A stretch of 64,000 nucleotides of DNA from Mobula hypostoma (Eukaryota). The notes under the pieces were generated by a model, which saw nothing but the letters and a program-made list of their open reading frames with translations, ran no database searches and was not told the DNA's origin. The position numbers were made by a program, and so were the translations under genes. Each line of letters opens with the position of its first letter. Position 1 is the stretch's first letter. The stretch is taken from assembly GCF_963921235.1 (NCBI RefSeq), contig NC_086097.1, positions 153,886,001-153,950,000 of the forward strand, in the 5' to 3' direction. This document shows positions 38,191 through 52,900 of this stretch, one piece after another.

Positions 38191-39194
38191 AATAAACTTG
38201 CACTGTACTACTGCAACAAAACAATAGATTTTATGGCATGCATCAGTGATAATAAACCTGATTCTGATTCTATTCTCTCATTGGAGTTTGTTGTCACAAC
38301 GTCTCAATGCTTTGATATAGTGCATCCTCTTATTTATATGCAGTCTTCAATGCAACTAGCAAGAAGCAAAGACCTTTCAGCTCAGTGAGGAGTTTGCTGT
38401 TTGTCAGTGGCTAGAACTGAGTAAAGCTGGCTGACTTCATTTGAAGTCAAACGGTAACTCTTGAACCTGATGTAAAAAGGCATTTGGGAATTAGAAGAGA
38501 GCTCAAAGATATGTAATAAAGGCACTGTATAAAGAAATCAAGTTACTCAGTTTTGCAAGAGATCATGACACAGAAACAATGAGAAAGGAAAGATTTTGCA
38601 TAAGGCCAGCATTCCTTCCTGATATAGTTGAGAATAAGGGAAGAAGACTATATAGGTTAAATGCAGGAGTCAGGACTCATGTAGTGAGATGCCATCTGAC
38701 AAGAAATTCAAAGACCTCACATAGGCTATTGAGGTCAGAAAATAGCACACACATTAAATTTTGGAGCAACTCGGCAAGTCAGGTGACATTTATGGAGGGA
38801 AATAAAGAGACAACATTTTGGGTCGAGACCTTCAGTGAGGTAGAGTCCATGAAGGCAATGTTGCCTTCAGACCTAATCCTCCTTTCCATCATCACACTTC
38901 CACCATCCCATAATCTTCTTTGATTTATAAGTTGTGGATGGTGGAAGCAGACACCTTTGATCTTTACCTCAACCCCTACCCACCTCACAATGCCCCACAC
39001 TGTTGCTTCCCTCTTTCCAATTGTCACACGATGCAAAAATGAAATAGTATAAATTATGCTTTAACATTCCTCGTCATGAGCTCTCATAATTTATAGATTA
39101 GCACAGAAGTGGCAATTGTACATAGTTTATCGGTCACTTTTGGTCCACAACCAGACCAAGGAAAGTGATAGCTCAAATGCTGGTGGGTGAGGGA

Positions 39195-39450
39195 GGGGCA
39201 CAGCTAGTAGAATAGTAGAACCACTGTCTCACTACTTCAGCAACCCAAGTTCAATGTTGACCTTCTGCGCTCTCTGTGTGGAGTTCATACATTTGCCAGA
39301 GTCTCCTCGATGTGCATCAGTTTATTCCTACATCCCAATAACATGTAAGTTTGTCACTTGACTTTCCACTGTCAGATTGCCCGGTTTATGTATGTGAGTG
39401 ATAGAAACTGGGAAAAGTTGCTGTAAGTGTACAAAGAATAAAATACGTTC
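39195..39450 (+). mobile_element. V-SINE, degenerate
   Basis: tRNA-like head (ccaagttcaatg B-box-like) followed by tgtgtggagttcatacatt...cctacatcccaa. Confidence 0.55.
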
Positions 39451-39529
39451 ACATAGTCTCATTGTTAATGGGTGCTCATGGTTGGCACAGAGCCAAACGC
39501 GTATGATTCCAATGATTCCCCCCCCCCCC

Positions 39530-41528
39530 ACAAGCCAGCTGGTTGGAGTGTAAGTTCAAACACTATTTCTGCAGCAGAAAATGTCGATGAGGACTTTAAA
39601 GGAACAGCTCACAGTGTGATGCGAGTCCTTGACAAGGATGGCTTGGACCTGAATGGTGGAGTATCAAAAGCAAGGATCGAGATATGTTTTCAAATTGGAT
39701 CGAGAACTAAGCACAAAACAAACGTTATACAAAATAACCCCGGTAAAGCTTATGATTGAGCACTGAACCTATGATCAGGTATTCCTTAAATACTCAATTC
39801 TTGGCACCCAAGACATGATTATCAATTAACGGGAGAGTCCTAAACCCTTAAAGAGGCCGCACCAGCTACCCATACTCCAGAGAATTTGAGTGTTTAAATC
39901 CTGGAACCTGGTGTGTTTGGGAGCATCTTGTAACAGGATTCCCTCCCCTATGACTGACTCCTAATGGCCCTGGTTGCTTGGAGAAGCAGTGATGGTAATA
40001 GTGGATGAGAGTCAGATCCAGGATATCTCCGTCCAGCATGAAGCACCTTTGCTCCAGTCCAAATCCCTCTCAGTTCACTAGGTATTGCAGAACACCTTGG
40101 ACACTATGCAAGTCCAGAAGTCCTGACCCCATGAAGATCTGTTCCCCCTCGATAAACCTGGGTGGTGGGGCTAAGGGGCTGGTGCAGACAAGTTTTAATT
40201 TAGAGATATGTAAAGTGAGGTTGATCTTCAGGGTCTTGGGGAGCAGCAAGGCATAAGTCACCAAGTTTACCTTCCTCAGGATCTTAAAGGGACCAATGAA
40301 CTTGGGAGCCAAATTTCAAGATTCCAATCTGAGAGATAAATCATGAGTGGACAACCAGACCTGTTGCCCGGCCTGTAACACAGGTCCCAGGCATCTCCTT
40401 CGGTTGTCCTAGTTTCCACCCTCTGGGTAGAGACCAGCAAAATCTCTCTTGCCCTCATCCATTTGCAGCATTGGACAAGATCTTCTTCCAAGGAACCCTA
40501 ACCTCGGCTTCTCGTTCTGGAAAGAGAGGCGGAGGATAACCAAACTGGCACTCAAACAGTGACATCCCATGCATTGAAAGCTGTAAGATGCTTTGCCTAA
40601 ATTGAGTTTTTGCACCACTCGTCAGGCCTTTCTGAGGCCAGGCATCTCAGGATACATTCTAAATCTTGATTGGTCAGCTCTGTCTGACTGTTGTACTGCA
40701 GGTGAAACCTAGAGGAAAGGCTTGCTGTTGCCCCTATCAGTTTACAGAAAGCCTTCTAGAAATGTGATGAGAGTTGTGGACCATGATTTGAGACAATGTC
40801 CACTGGGAATCAATGGACTCTGAAGACCTGGTCCAGAGCAATCCCGGCTGTCTCTGTTTCGGAAGGTAGCTTCTCCAAGGTAATGAACTTGCAGGCTTTC
40901 AAAAATTGATCAACAATCAGTACAATGACCAACTTCCCTTGGATGGTAGGAGACCCGTGACAAGTCCATGGAGTTGTGTGCTCAAGGTCTCTTCAGAACG
41001 GGCAGGGGGTGGCGGAGCCCTTGGGGTCGGGTGCGGGGCTCCTACTTCCGGGTGTACTCCTTGCATTCCTGCACGTACTGCCAAACTTCTCTCATCATTT
41101 TGGGCTACCAATACCTCCTCTTGATAACCTCGAGGGTCCTGGAAATGCCTGGGTGTGCAGTCATTCTTGACAAATGTCCCCATTGCGTACCTGGGACTGG
41201 AGAGAACTGGGGACGAACAGCTGATCTGGATGACCGTTTTCAGGTATTGCCCCTTGGGCCTTGTGAACAAGAGTGACGATTTCCTCAATGAATTGGCGAC
41301 ACCACTCTGGCTTGGGGCAAAATGATGGTAGTCTGCTTCTCTCATTTCGGTTTGTCAAACTGATGGGACAGGGCATCTGGCTTCTGATTCTTAGACCCCA
41401 GTTGATAGGTCTGATAGGTCAAAGATCACCAGGCCTGCCTGGAATTCAACCTCTTGGTCTCCTGAATATAGGCCAGGTTCTGTGGTCAGGCCATTCTTCC
41501 AAAGCTAACTTTCATTCCTCCAAGGCAG
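39530..41528 (-). mobile_element. Sushi-like chromoviral Gypsy element, 3' part (RNase H end, integrase, chromodomain, PPT, 3' LTR)
   Basis: APKFIGPFKILRKVN (GPF motif) and QYLVN. PPT at 39936-39950, then an LTR starting tgttacaag at 39935 that is homologous to 46380-46600. Confidence 0.9.
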
Positions 41529-41529
41529 G

Positions 41530-41930
41530 AGGAGAAGATGGCAGAGCGACGCAGCGCGCACAGCTCTCACGGTGAAATGATATCATTTTTATTAAATAGG
41601 GAACATGGACAATTCTGATTTGATGAAGACAGATGTGAGAAGCAGAGGAACGTCTGGAGAAATTTCTGAAATGCCTGGTTCGCCGCTGTTGTTACTGTGC
41701 GATCGAGAATCTCCGAAGGGTAGGCCCCAAAATCCCCAGCTTTACCTGCTGCTGGCAACCGAGGCTGAGGTTGAAACGTTTGGATAGAGATGGCGGTTGG
41801 TACTCGGTGTCGGAGGGCTGATCAGAGCTTGAAGTTTTCGGACGACTCAGGGTCGGACTGTGGTCGGGCATGGCAGGGAGAGTTTTCTTCCTTCTCCCAT
41901 CTGCGTGAGATGTGGGACTTTAAAGAAACT
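41530..41930 (+). mobile_element. CpG-rich 5' end of a LINE (probably Rex family)
   Basis: Starts ggagaagatggc, like other Rex 5' ends in the window, and truncates the Gypsy copy. Confidence 0.4.
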
Positions 41931-41939
41931 GGTGAAATT

Positions 41940-42872
41940 TGCTGGTGAATGCAGCAGGCCAGGCATCCATGTCCATTCCCTTGTCCATTGTCCATCCCTC
42001 CCCACTGATCTCCCTCCTGGCACTTATCCTTGTTAGCGGAACAAGTGCTACACATGCCCTTACACTTCCTCCCTTACCACCATTCAGGGCCCCAGACAGT
42101 CCTTCCAGGTGAGGCGACACTTCACCTGTGAGTCGGCTGGGGTGATATATTGCGCCCGGTGCTCCCGATGTGGCCTTCTATATATTGGCGAGATCCAACG
42201 CAGACTGGGAGACCGCTTTGCTGAACACCTACACTCTATCCACCAGAGAAAGCAGGATCTCCCAGTGGCCACACATTTTAATTCCACATCCCATTCCCAT
42301 TCTGACATGTCTATCCACGGCCTCCTCTACTATAAAGATGAAGCCACACTCAGGTCGGAGGAACAACACCTTATATTCCGTCTGGGTAGCCCCCAACCTG
42401 ATGGCATGAACACTGACTTCTCTAACTTCCGCTAATGCCTCACCTCCCCCTTGTACCTCATCCGTTATTTATTTATATACACACATTCTTTCTCTCACTC
42501 TCCTTTTTCTCCCTCTGTCCCTCTGACTATACCCCTTGCCCATTCTCTGGGTTTCTCCCCCCCTTGTCTTTCTCCCTGGGCCTCCTATCCCTCCTGTCCC
42601 ATGATCCTCTCATATCCCCTTTGCCAATCACCTGTCCAGCTTTTGCCTCCATCCCTCCCCCTCCTGTCTTCTCCTATCATTTCGGATCTCCCCTTCCCCC
42701 TCCCACTTTCAAATCTCTTACTATCTCTTCCTTCAGTTAGTCCTGACAAAGGGTCTCGGCCTGAAACATCGACTGTACTTCTTCCTAGAGATGCTGCCTG
42801 GCCTGCTGCATTCACCAGCAACTTTGATGTGTGTTGCTTGAATTTCCAGCATCTGCAGAATTCCTGTTGTTT
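41940..42872 (+). mobile_element. Penelope-like element 3' part: GIY-YIG endonuclease and pLTR, with a short inverted pLTR piece at the 5' end
   Basis: ORF 42109-42435 reads FTCESAGVIYCARCSRCGLLYIGEIQRRLGDRFAEH...VATHFN...LGSPQPDGMN. The pLTR has a mutated hammerhead at 42738-42775. Confidence 0.92.
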
Positions 42873-44215
42873 TAATTTCCCAGGGAACATTTTAAAGCAG
42901 AATTGCATTTATTCCTCTTCCAGTAAGATGGTGGCACTTGCGAACACGGCAGCCTCTCGGGGGCCAACCAAAGGTGCTTTTTCACTTTGTAAAATTGATT
43001 TTTTGTTTATGATTCAAAGACAACTCTACTCCAAGAACACTGAGTACTGCAGGGCTACGCCAGTGAGCTGCTCATTGATCAGAGTAGCTGGATTTGTGTC
43101 AACTGTGGAGCTGGCCGAGGTGTCAAAAGGCCAGCCGAGATGTCGAAGGAGGTGGTCGGAATATCGGAGGATGTGTCAGAGGAGCCGGTTTGGGTTTGGA
43201 GGAGCTGAACTGGCTGCAGTCCGTGCTGCTGCCCACTCAGAAACATCGAAGTTGATGCAGTATAACTGTGGGAGATTGTCTCGGACATTTCACTTGCAAT
43301 CACAAGACTCTGTTGGACAATGATAATGTAAGTTGTCACAGGCCTGTTATCCCTGTCAGGTGGAGGGACAGTCAAAATGGGAGCTGTGCAGCCTTGGTTG
43401 TAGTAAGAGCTAGGCCTCAAGCCTGGGGCTTGCCTCCTGCTGCAAACCAAGTGAGAGACGCAGAAGTGCTACAGCATGGTTGAGCTCAGCTGGTGCCTGG
43501 CCTCGCCTGTCGGTGCTTCCCTCCCATGTTCAAGAGGTGGAGTGACAGGCTGGATTGCGTGTGTCTGTACACTGCAGGGAGACTATACCATCAATTGCTG
43601 GACATTGCCACTCAAGGTCTTGGACTACATATGTTTTATTTTTGAGTAAATATGCTTCTTTGCTCAATATTTTGAATCATGTTACTCACTATTTTTGAAT
43701 GTTTGCTTGCTATTTTGAATGCTTTGCACCATAGCCCCAGAGGAACACTGTCTTGTTCAGCTATACCTATGTATAGTTTGAATGATAATTAAATTTGATA
43801 TGATTTGATTACAATATCATTTAATGTATATCTGATGCTAAATTAGGCCGTTGACTCAAATACAATTCATGACCAGATGTATCTAGTAGAAATTCTGAAT
43901 TGGAGTAATTTATATTAAAAGTAGTTAGAATTGCTTTGTGCCTCGGAAGTGAATGATTGTCATTCATATTATAGTCAGAGTAAAGCTCCATGGTGCCTAG
44001 TCCCTTGAGGAAACAGTATTTTTGAATCATAATTTTTACAGAAATTTAAAAACTGTATTATATTACCTTAGCTCTTTCAACCCTTAATAAATCTTGACCC
44101 TGGATTATTAAAGTTAACAAGCCTTAAATGTGTATGCCAGCTGTGATATTTCATCTGATGCTTCATCAGTATGGTACATGGAACCATATGGTGTAGAACC
44201 TTCTCACTTTTACAG

Positions 44216-44258
44216 TTAAAATTCCTCTTTCTCCCTCTCCCCCTCTCTCCCTCGCAAT
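44216..44258 (+). CDS. Weak candidate exon (LKFLFLPLPLSPSQ in phase 0)
   Basis: Good acceptor ccttctcacttttacag and donor AT|gtaagt, but the content is low-complexity and CT-rich. Confidence 0.3.
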
Positions 44259-44897
44259 GTAAGTGTTTGCACCTCTGTTTTCTTTTTGTCACCATTGTAA
44301 CGCCTGTCTCACAGAACTTACAGCAGTTCATCAAATGTAGTGTACTTAAGTTGCATGGTTCTGATGCTCTGCTTGTTTAAAGTTTGGTTATATTATTCTG
44401 TATACATACTGTATCTTTAAAAGCAGTTTTCCACATGTAGTGTGTGTTGCCCATATATAAATGAGTTGAGACAAGCTGGCATTTGCTAGATTTATCAAAT
44501 TCCATTTTTGAGGAGGGTTACTTCAAACAGACACCAAGGCACCAATTAGACAATGGCACTAATGCCTATTTCAGGATGTATCACATATCACCTAAGAAGT
44601 CAGCTGGTTTGGAATATATCCTTGGGCCACTTGTATGACCAGTATACTTATAAGATATACACTGCTAATTACATCAGCGCTAAATTCCTTCCATCCCAGA
44701 AATGAATCTTATATTCAATTAAAAACAGAACAAAAGTAGGAGACTATAACTGATCACAATCCAATCTTCAGAGACATTCGGCAATTCGCATTAAGTTTAC
44801 CCATGGAATCCTGACTTGCAAATATTTCAGGTTAGCAGATATGAGGTTTTCTTTCAACCTTCCAGTTATATTTGTAAGATGCAATTATTCAAAGCTG

Positions 44898-46268
44898 TCT
44901 TAATGACTATCGTTCAGTGGCACTTATATCCACAGTGATGAAGTGTTTTGAGAGACTGGTGTTGAAACATATCAGCTCCTGTCTGAGAGGTGATTTGAAT
45001 CTGCTCCAATTTGCCTACCAAAGTTACTCAATGGCTCTTCACACAACCCTGAAAAATTTGTTCAGCAAAGATGCATGCATATATCAGGATGCTCTTTATC
45101 AATTACAGCTCAGTATTCAATACCATCATCCCCTCAAAATTAATCAGTAAATTCTATACCCGGGCCTCAATAACCCCCTGTGCAATTGGATCCAAATTGG
45201 ATTTCTTCACCTGCAGATCCCAGTCACTTTAGATTGGCAAAAGCATTCCCTCCACAATCTGCATCAGCACAGGGATGTGTGCTTAGCCCCCTGCTCTACT
45301 CACTTTACACCTGTTACTGTGTGGCGAAGTATAGCTCCAACACCATATGCAAGTTTGCTGATGACACAACTGTTCTGGGCCTTATCAAATGTAGTAATGA
45401 ATCAGCATACAGGAGGGAGAATGAAAATTTGACTGAGTGGTGTAATAACAACGTCTCACTCAATAGACCGAGGAAGTGATTGTAGACTTCATCAGAGGAA
45501 AACCAGAGGTCCATGAGCCAGTCCTCATTGGAGAATCGGGGTGGAGGGTCAGTAACTTTAAATTCTTGGGTGTAACCATGTCAGATGACCAGTCCTGTAA
45601 TTGCAAAGAAAGCTCAATAGCACCTCTACTTCCTCAGGAGTCTGTGGAGATTTGAGATATTAGCAAAAACCTTGTCAAACTTCTATAGGTATGTGGTGGA
45701 AAATGTTCCGACTGGCAGCATTATGGCCTGGCATGGGAGCACCAATGCTTTTGAGTGGAGAATCCTACAAAAGGTTGTGCATTCGACCCAGTACATCATG
45801 GGTAAAGCCCTCCCAACCATTGAGAACAACTACATGAAACGTTGCTACAGAAAAGCAGCATCCAACATCAAAGATCCTCACCACCCAGGAGAGCTCCTTT
45901 CTCACTGCTGCCATCAAGTAAAAGGTACACGTGCCTCAGGACTCACACCAGCAGGTTCAATAAAAGTTACTACCCCTCAGCCATCAAGCTCTGAAATAAA
46001 AGGAGATAACTACACTCGTTTTATTTCTGGTGTTCCCACAACTGATGGTCTCACTGTAAGGACACTTTTTCTTTTTATTTCATGCTCTCATTATTTATTG
46101 CTATTTATTTAAATTTACATTTGCAGAGTTTGTTGTTCATAGATCGTGTTTACAGTTACTGTTCTATAGATTTGCTTAACATACCCACAGGAAAAAGAAA
46201 ATCAGGGTTGTATATGGTGACAAGTATGTGCTCAGATAGTAAATTTTACTTTAAACTTTGAACTTTGA
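44898..46268 (+). mobile_element. Rex1/Babar LINE, 5'-truncated
   Basis: VMKCFERLV, QGCVLSPLLYSLYT, KFADDTT and the family 3' UTR. Confidence 0.92.
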
Positions 46269-46711
46269 CATTCAGCTATAATCTTCATTAAAATGCTAAA
46301 TATCAACCTTACATTTAAAATTAACACAAATCATCCATATATCTCTAACCCAATCACAATCTTCCAATTCTACCATTACTGTTACAAGACGCTCCCAACC
46401 ACACCAGCTTCCGAGATTTAAATGCTCGAACTCTCCGGAGTATGGATTACTGCACGGCCTCCTTAAGGGCTTAGGACATTCCTGTTAATTGATAATCATG
46501 TTTTGGGCACCAAGAGTTGAGTATTTAAGGAATTCCTGAACATAGGTTCAGTACTCAATCAAAAACCTTACCGGAGATTTTGTCTAGCGTTTGTTTTATG
46601 CCAATGGTCAACTTTTGGAGGAGGAAGCCGAACTCGCTTGGGAGAACCAGTCAGTCCCACTCTGGAACCAGTACATCTTCCAACCCTGGAGAGATTTGAT
46701 GGTTTCCTCAT

Positions 46712-49700
46712 TCAGTGCTTGCCAGAAGCTGAAACAAGAGGTGGCCATAGTTAAAATCATATACTCTCGGTCCATGCTACAGGACTGCTTTGACGACGTC
46801 AACTGGAATATCCTTTGTGACGAAGATGTCTCCGTGTTCACGGAAGGGGTCATGAGTTTCATCCAGAAGTGCATCGAGGACGTTGTCCCCCAAAAGTCAG
46901 TCATGGTCGATCCAAACCAGAAACCGTGCATCAACAGTTCTGTGCATGTTGCACTCACCACTCAAGCTTTTGCCACCAGTAACCACCAGAAACTCAAGAA
47001 ATGCAGCAACCATCTATGCAAAGTCATCAAGGCACTGAAATGACAATACAGGGAGAAGATCCAGACACAACTCTCCACCAACAACACGTGCAGCTTATGG
47101 CAAGGTCTGCACACCATCACAGACTTCAAAGCTAAGCGCAGTGGTGTTGCCAACATCGCTGCTTCTCTCACAGATGTGCTAACTCTTTTTTACACACAGT
47201 TTGATGTCACCAACACTGAGCCCCTGAAGAGAGCTGATGAAGCAACCTGCAACTTAGTCATTTCTGAAGCTGAAGTACACAGCTGTTTCCAATGAGTGGA
47301 CAGTCCCAAAGCTATGGGACTGGATGGCACCACAAGGTGTATTCAGAATGTGTGCAGCAAAACTGACTGGCGTGTTTGCAGACATTGCTAATCTCTCCCT
47401 CTCTTAGAGTAGAGTGCCCTCCTGCTTCAAAACATCCACCATTGTCGTGTAACTAGAAAGACCAAGGTAACATTTCTGAATAACCTTGAATTCATTTCTG
47501 AATTCTGTCGCACTCATTCCAATAATAAGCAAATGCTTCGAGAGGCTGGTCAAGGATTACATCTACAGCTTGCTGCCACCCAGACTGGAGCCCCTACAAT
47601 TTACCCACCAAAACAACCGATCAACAGATGATGCAATAGCCACAGCTCTAAAAATGTTCTTACATACCAGGAGAAGAAGGATGCTTATGTGAGAATGCTG
47701 TTCTTGGACTACAGTTCAGCATTCAACACCATAGTTCCCTCCAGGGCTAACAAGAAGCTCAGAGACCTTGGCCTTCATCCTGCCTTGTGCAGCTGGATCC
47801 TGGACTTCCTGTCAGATCGCCAGCAGGTGCTAAGAGTGAGCTCCCTCATCTCTGCCCTTCTGACCCTCAACACAGGAGCCGCCTTCTTTACTCTCTGTAC
47901 ACCCAAAATAGCGTCGCCACCCACAGCTCCAATCTGCTAATTAAATTTTGAGATGATACAACATTGATTGGCCTTATTTCAAATAATATTGAGGTAGCCT
48001 ACAGAGAAGTCATCACCCTGATACAGTGGTGTCAAGAAAACAACCCCTCCCTCAATGTTACAAAAACAAGGGAGCTGATTGTGGACTACAGGAGGAATGG
48101 AGACAAGCTAACCCCTATTGACATCAATGGATCTGGGGTTGAGAGGGTAAACGGCTTTCAGTTCCTCGGTATACACATCACCGAGGATCTCACTTGGTCT
48201 GGACATACCGGCTATGTGGTGAAAAAAGCACAAGAGTGCCTCTTTCACCTCAAACAGTTGAAGAAGTTTGGCATGAGTCCCTAAATCCTAAGTACTTTCT
48301 GCAGGGGCAGAATTAATGGCATCCTGACTGCCTGGTATGGGAACGGAACTTCTACAGAGAGTGGTGCAGACAGCCCAGTGTATCTGTGAATGTGAACCCC
48401 CCACTATTCAGGAGATTTACAGTGACGGGTGCATAAAATGGGCCTAAAGGATCATTGGGGACTTGAGTCACCCCAACCACAAACTGTTCGATGTGCTATC
48501 ATCCAGGAAATGGTACCACAGCATTAAAGCCAGGACCAACAGTCTCCGGGACAGTTTTTTCCACCAGGTCACCAGACTGATTACTTTATGCTGACACAAT
48601 TATATTTCTAAGCTATATTGACTGTTCTGTTGTATATCTTAGTGTACATACCATTTATTACAAATTACAATAATTTGCACATTGCACATTCAGATGGAGA
48701 CGTAACTTCTTTGACTTCTCCAGTGCATTCAACACCATCCGCCCTGGTCTGCTGGGGGAGAAGCTGACAGCGACGCAGGTGGATGCTTCCCTGGTATTAT
48801 GGATTCTTGATTACCTGACTGGCAGACCACAGTACGTGTGCTTGCAACACTGTGTGTCCGACAGAGTGATCAGCAGCACTGGGGCTCCACAGGGGACTGT
48901 CTTGTCTCCCTTTCTCTTCACCATTTACACCTTGGACTTCAACTACTGCACAGAGTCTTGTCATCTTCAGAAGTTTTCTGATGACTCTGCCATAGTTGGA
49001 TGCATCAGCAAGGGAGATGAGGCTGAGTACAGGGCTACGGTAGGAAACTTTGTCACATGGTGTGAGCAGAATTATCTGCAGCTTAATGTGATAAAGACTA
49101 AGGAGCTGGCGGCAGACCTGAGGAGAGCTAAGGTACTGGTGATCCGTTTCCATCCAGGGGGTCAGTGTGGACATGGTGGAAGATTACAAATACCTGGGGA
49201 TACGAATTGACAATAAACTGGACTGGTCAAAGAACACAGAGGCTGTCTACAAGAAGGGTTAGAGCCATCTCTATTTCCTGAGGAGATTGAGGTCCTTTAA
49301 CGTCTGCCGGATGATGCTGAGGATGTTCTACGAGTCTGTGGTGGCCAGTGCTATGATGTTTACTGTTGCGTGCTGAGGCAGCAGGCTGAGGGTAGCAGAC
49401 ACCAACAGAATCAACAAATTCATTCGTAAGGCCAGTGATGTTGTGGGGATGGAACTGGACTCTCCGACGGTGGTGTCTGAAAAGAAGATGCTGTCCAAGT
49501 TGCATGCCATCTTGGTCAATGCCTCCCAACCACTACATAATGTACTGGTTGGGCACAGGAGTACATTCAGCCAGAGACTCATTCCACCGAGATGCAACAT
49601 AGAGCATCATAGGAAGTCATTCCTGCCTGTGGCCATCAAACTTTACAACTCCTCCCTTGGAGGGTCAGACACCCTGAGCTAATAGGCTGGTCCTGGACTT

Positions 49701-49905
49701 ATTTCATAATTTACTGGCATAATTTACATATTACTATTTAACTATTTATGGTTCTATTACTATTTATTACTTATGGTGCAACTGTAACGAAAAGCAATTT
49801 CCCCCCGGATCAATAAAGTATGACTATGACTATAACATAGAGTTTTAATCCTCATGTGTGTGAAGGATGTAAGAAATAAAGCTAATTAAATTCAACTCAA
49901 TTCAA
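46712..49905 (+). mobile_element. Rex1/Babar LINE inserted in Gypsy gag
   Basis: [45 protein letters not shown] and an (aattc)n tail at ~49890. Confidence 0.9.
48707..49833 (+). mobile_element. Second, younger Rex1 family copy nested in the 3' UTR of the previous one
   Basis: FFDFSSAFNTI, STGAPQGTVLSPFLFTIYT, KFSDDSA, then aataaa and a (tatgac)n tail. Confidence 0.9.
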
Positions 49906-52900
49906 TAATATTTGAACTTCAGCCATCCCAGTTCCCTTCGGAGCGTGGAAGGGTGGCTTTCATTATCTTTCTTCCGAATGGAAGAGCCCTGGCCTGGGCC
50001 TCCATGCATTGAAATGCAGGTCGAAGTCTTGCTCAGACTCGGAGAAATTCATGGCCACCACGAGGAAGGTGCTTCATCGCTCCACTGGAACCAGTCAGGC
50101 CTCAGACCACCTGGTAAAGATTCAGCAGGGGAGATGGTCAGCAGCTGACTACGCAATTGAATTTTGGACCTTGGCCCAGGAGAGCGGTCAAAATGAAGGG
50201 GCCTTGGTCATACGATACCACCATGGACTCCAAGACAGACTGAAGGATGCCCTCACCTTGGGAGAGCCGGAGGAACACTTAGATATTCTCATAGTCCAGT
50301 CCATCCATTGTGATCATCATCTGGCGGAATGAAAGTAGGACCACTTCTGGATGTTAAAAGAGCCGAGAGCCGGACTGAGCACTGCTACCCTCAGGGCACA
50401 ACCAGCCTATTGCCAGCTCAAAATCCAGTCGAACCCATGCAGGTCAGTTGCTCTAGACTCGCTACAGATGAAAGGTCACGACATCAGAGTTCTGTTTTTG
50501 CTGCAGGGAAGCAGGTCAAATACACCCAAATATCCAAAGCTGCAGCCACCGGGGGAACTGCTAAACTGTCCCGTGTTGGGAGGGCCATGACGTTAGCAGC
50601 CACTACGCTCAATCCCACTCATTCTCATTTTGTGCTGAAGATGGAGTTCACTGGGGGTAAGACCTTGAGGTAGGTGGCTTTTGTGGACTTGAGGGCAGTG
50701 GATAATTTCCTGTATTTAAAAACCGCCCATCGGTTCAGCATACCACTGCTTTGACCCAGTCCTTGGCCGCAACGATCTTGAACAGCCGACCACTAGATTC
50801 CAGGCAGATCTAGCAACAATGGTGCTGTGGACGAAGATAGGTGATTATGTGGAAGACATTAGTTTCTACATTATTGACTGTCCACTCATACCCCAATCCT
50901 CAAGTACCATTAGCTATCCCAGCATAACCCATCCATGGACTGGAGAGGGGGGAGAATCATTGTTTGGTCCAGTCATTGTAAGAGATTTTGTTTATGGCAT
51001 GATGTTCTGACACCTAGATTCTCTAGTGACCAATGACCTGCAGCGTAAGGGGGCAGGCTTCAGTGCAAGTTCCCTTGAGAACTTTTGGAGACCTAGTCCG
51101 GTCCTCAAAAGTGGACAGGCTGGTTCTGGCCAATGGGACAGTACAAGTCCCGAAACAGTCCAGCTGGAATCCCACTGGATTGAGAGAGAGGGAATTTCTA
51201 GGTCAAGAGAAGATCATGGACATGCTCGAGCAGTCTGGAAGACTTGTCATAAGTTAAAGGGAACCAGGTCTCAAGGAACGGAAAGGCTCCTTTACACCGA
51301 TCCTTGAGGCCTATTCCTGGGAATGTGAGAACCCTTTGTAGCACCTTGCTGCCATTGCCTGTGGATACAGACGGGGAGTCTGACTCTGATTTGGCCACTG
51401 TTTCCAAGGATGATCTTTGTGAGCTCAGGGAGAGGTTTCTGAAGCCCATGTCACCAAAGAAGTCTCAGGTGTCATCCTCAAAGGAAGGTTCGGAGGTGAT
51501 AGCTTCACCCTTACTGGAAGAAATCCCTTCAGTTTACAAGGACTTAGAGGAGGTTTTCAACAAGAGAAAGGCCTTGACTCTTCCACCGGACCGACCCTAT
51601 GACTGTGCCATAGACCTGCTGCCCAGTACTTCCCACCGCAGGGTCATTTGTACGCACTCCCAGGCCCAGAGAGATGCACTGTGAGGAGTATATAAAGGAA
51701 GCTCTTGTCATAGGCTTCATTTGGCCCTCCACCTCACCCACCAGTGCAGGTTTCTGCTTTGTACAGTAGAAAGTTGGGAGCCTGCGGCTGTGCATTGATT
51801 ACAGGGGATTAAACCGCATAACAACCAAAATCGCTACCCCTTCCTCTTATGAATACGGCTTTCAAGATGCTCCAAGGGGCAAGGGTATTCACAAAATTAG
51901 ACCTCCGGAGTGCCTACAATCAGGTCTGTATCAGGGACGTCAATGACTGGAAGACAGCATTCAATACACCAACAGGTCACTACGAGTACCAGGTAATGCT
52001 CTTCAGCCTTGCAATGCCCCAGACATTTTCCAAGCCTTTATAAACAATGTGTTCCAGGATGCTCTCCATAAGTATTTCTTCATTGATTTGATTGATATCC
52101 TAATCTTCTCGAAGTGCATGGAGAGGCACGTCACTCACGTCAGGGACATTTTAAAGAGGCTACTGGACCATGGACCTTACATCAAGTTGGAGAAGTCGAG
52201 TTTCATGTGACGAACGTTTCATTTTTGGGTTTCGGCATTTGTAATTGTAATCTCAAGATGGACCCTACCAAGACCCAGGCGGTCAGAGACTGGCCACCAC
52301 CATCCAATATCAAACAGGTCCCACAATTCCTAGGGTTTGCAAACTTCTAGCAGAAGTTCAACAGGAACTTCAGCTCGGTGGCAGCTCTGCTGATGGCCTT
52401 AACTAAGAAATCCATGGGCCCTATTGTCGGGTTACTGAAGTGGAGGCTGCTTTGCAGAGCTTAAACAGCAGTTTTCTACAGCTCCCATTTTGGTTTCTCC
52501 TAACTCAGACCTTCTCTTTATTGTGGAGGTGGACACCTCAGACATCGGAGTCTTGTCTCAATGATTCAGACAGCAAACTGCACCCATGCGCATTCTTCTC
52601 CAGGTGGCTATCCCTGGCAGAGAGGAACTATGACATCAGGAATCAGGAGCTTCTTATGGTTGAGTTAGCTTTGGAGGAGTGGCATCACTGGCTGGAAAGG
52701 ACCAAGAACCCTTTTCTCATTTGGACTGAACATTGAAACCTGGCCTATATCCAGGAGTCCAAGAGGCCAAGAGGTTGAATTCCAGGCAGGCCTAGTGGTC
52801 TTTGACCTATCAGGCCGATTGACCGGGCTCTAAGGAACAGAAGCCTGATGCCCTGTCCTGCTAGTTTGACAAACCAGTACGGGAGGACCAGTCTAACACC

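Noticed and set aside
42451..43323. 290-aa ORF
   Set aside because: Chance read-through of a low-complexity Penelope pLTR and an adjacent LINE 5' region, with no protein-like motifs.
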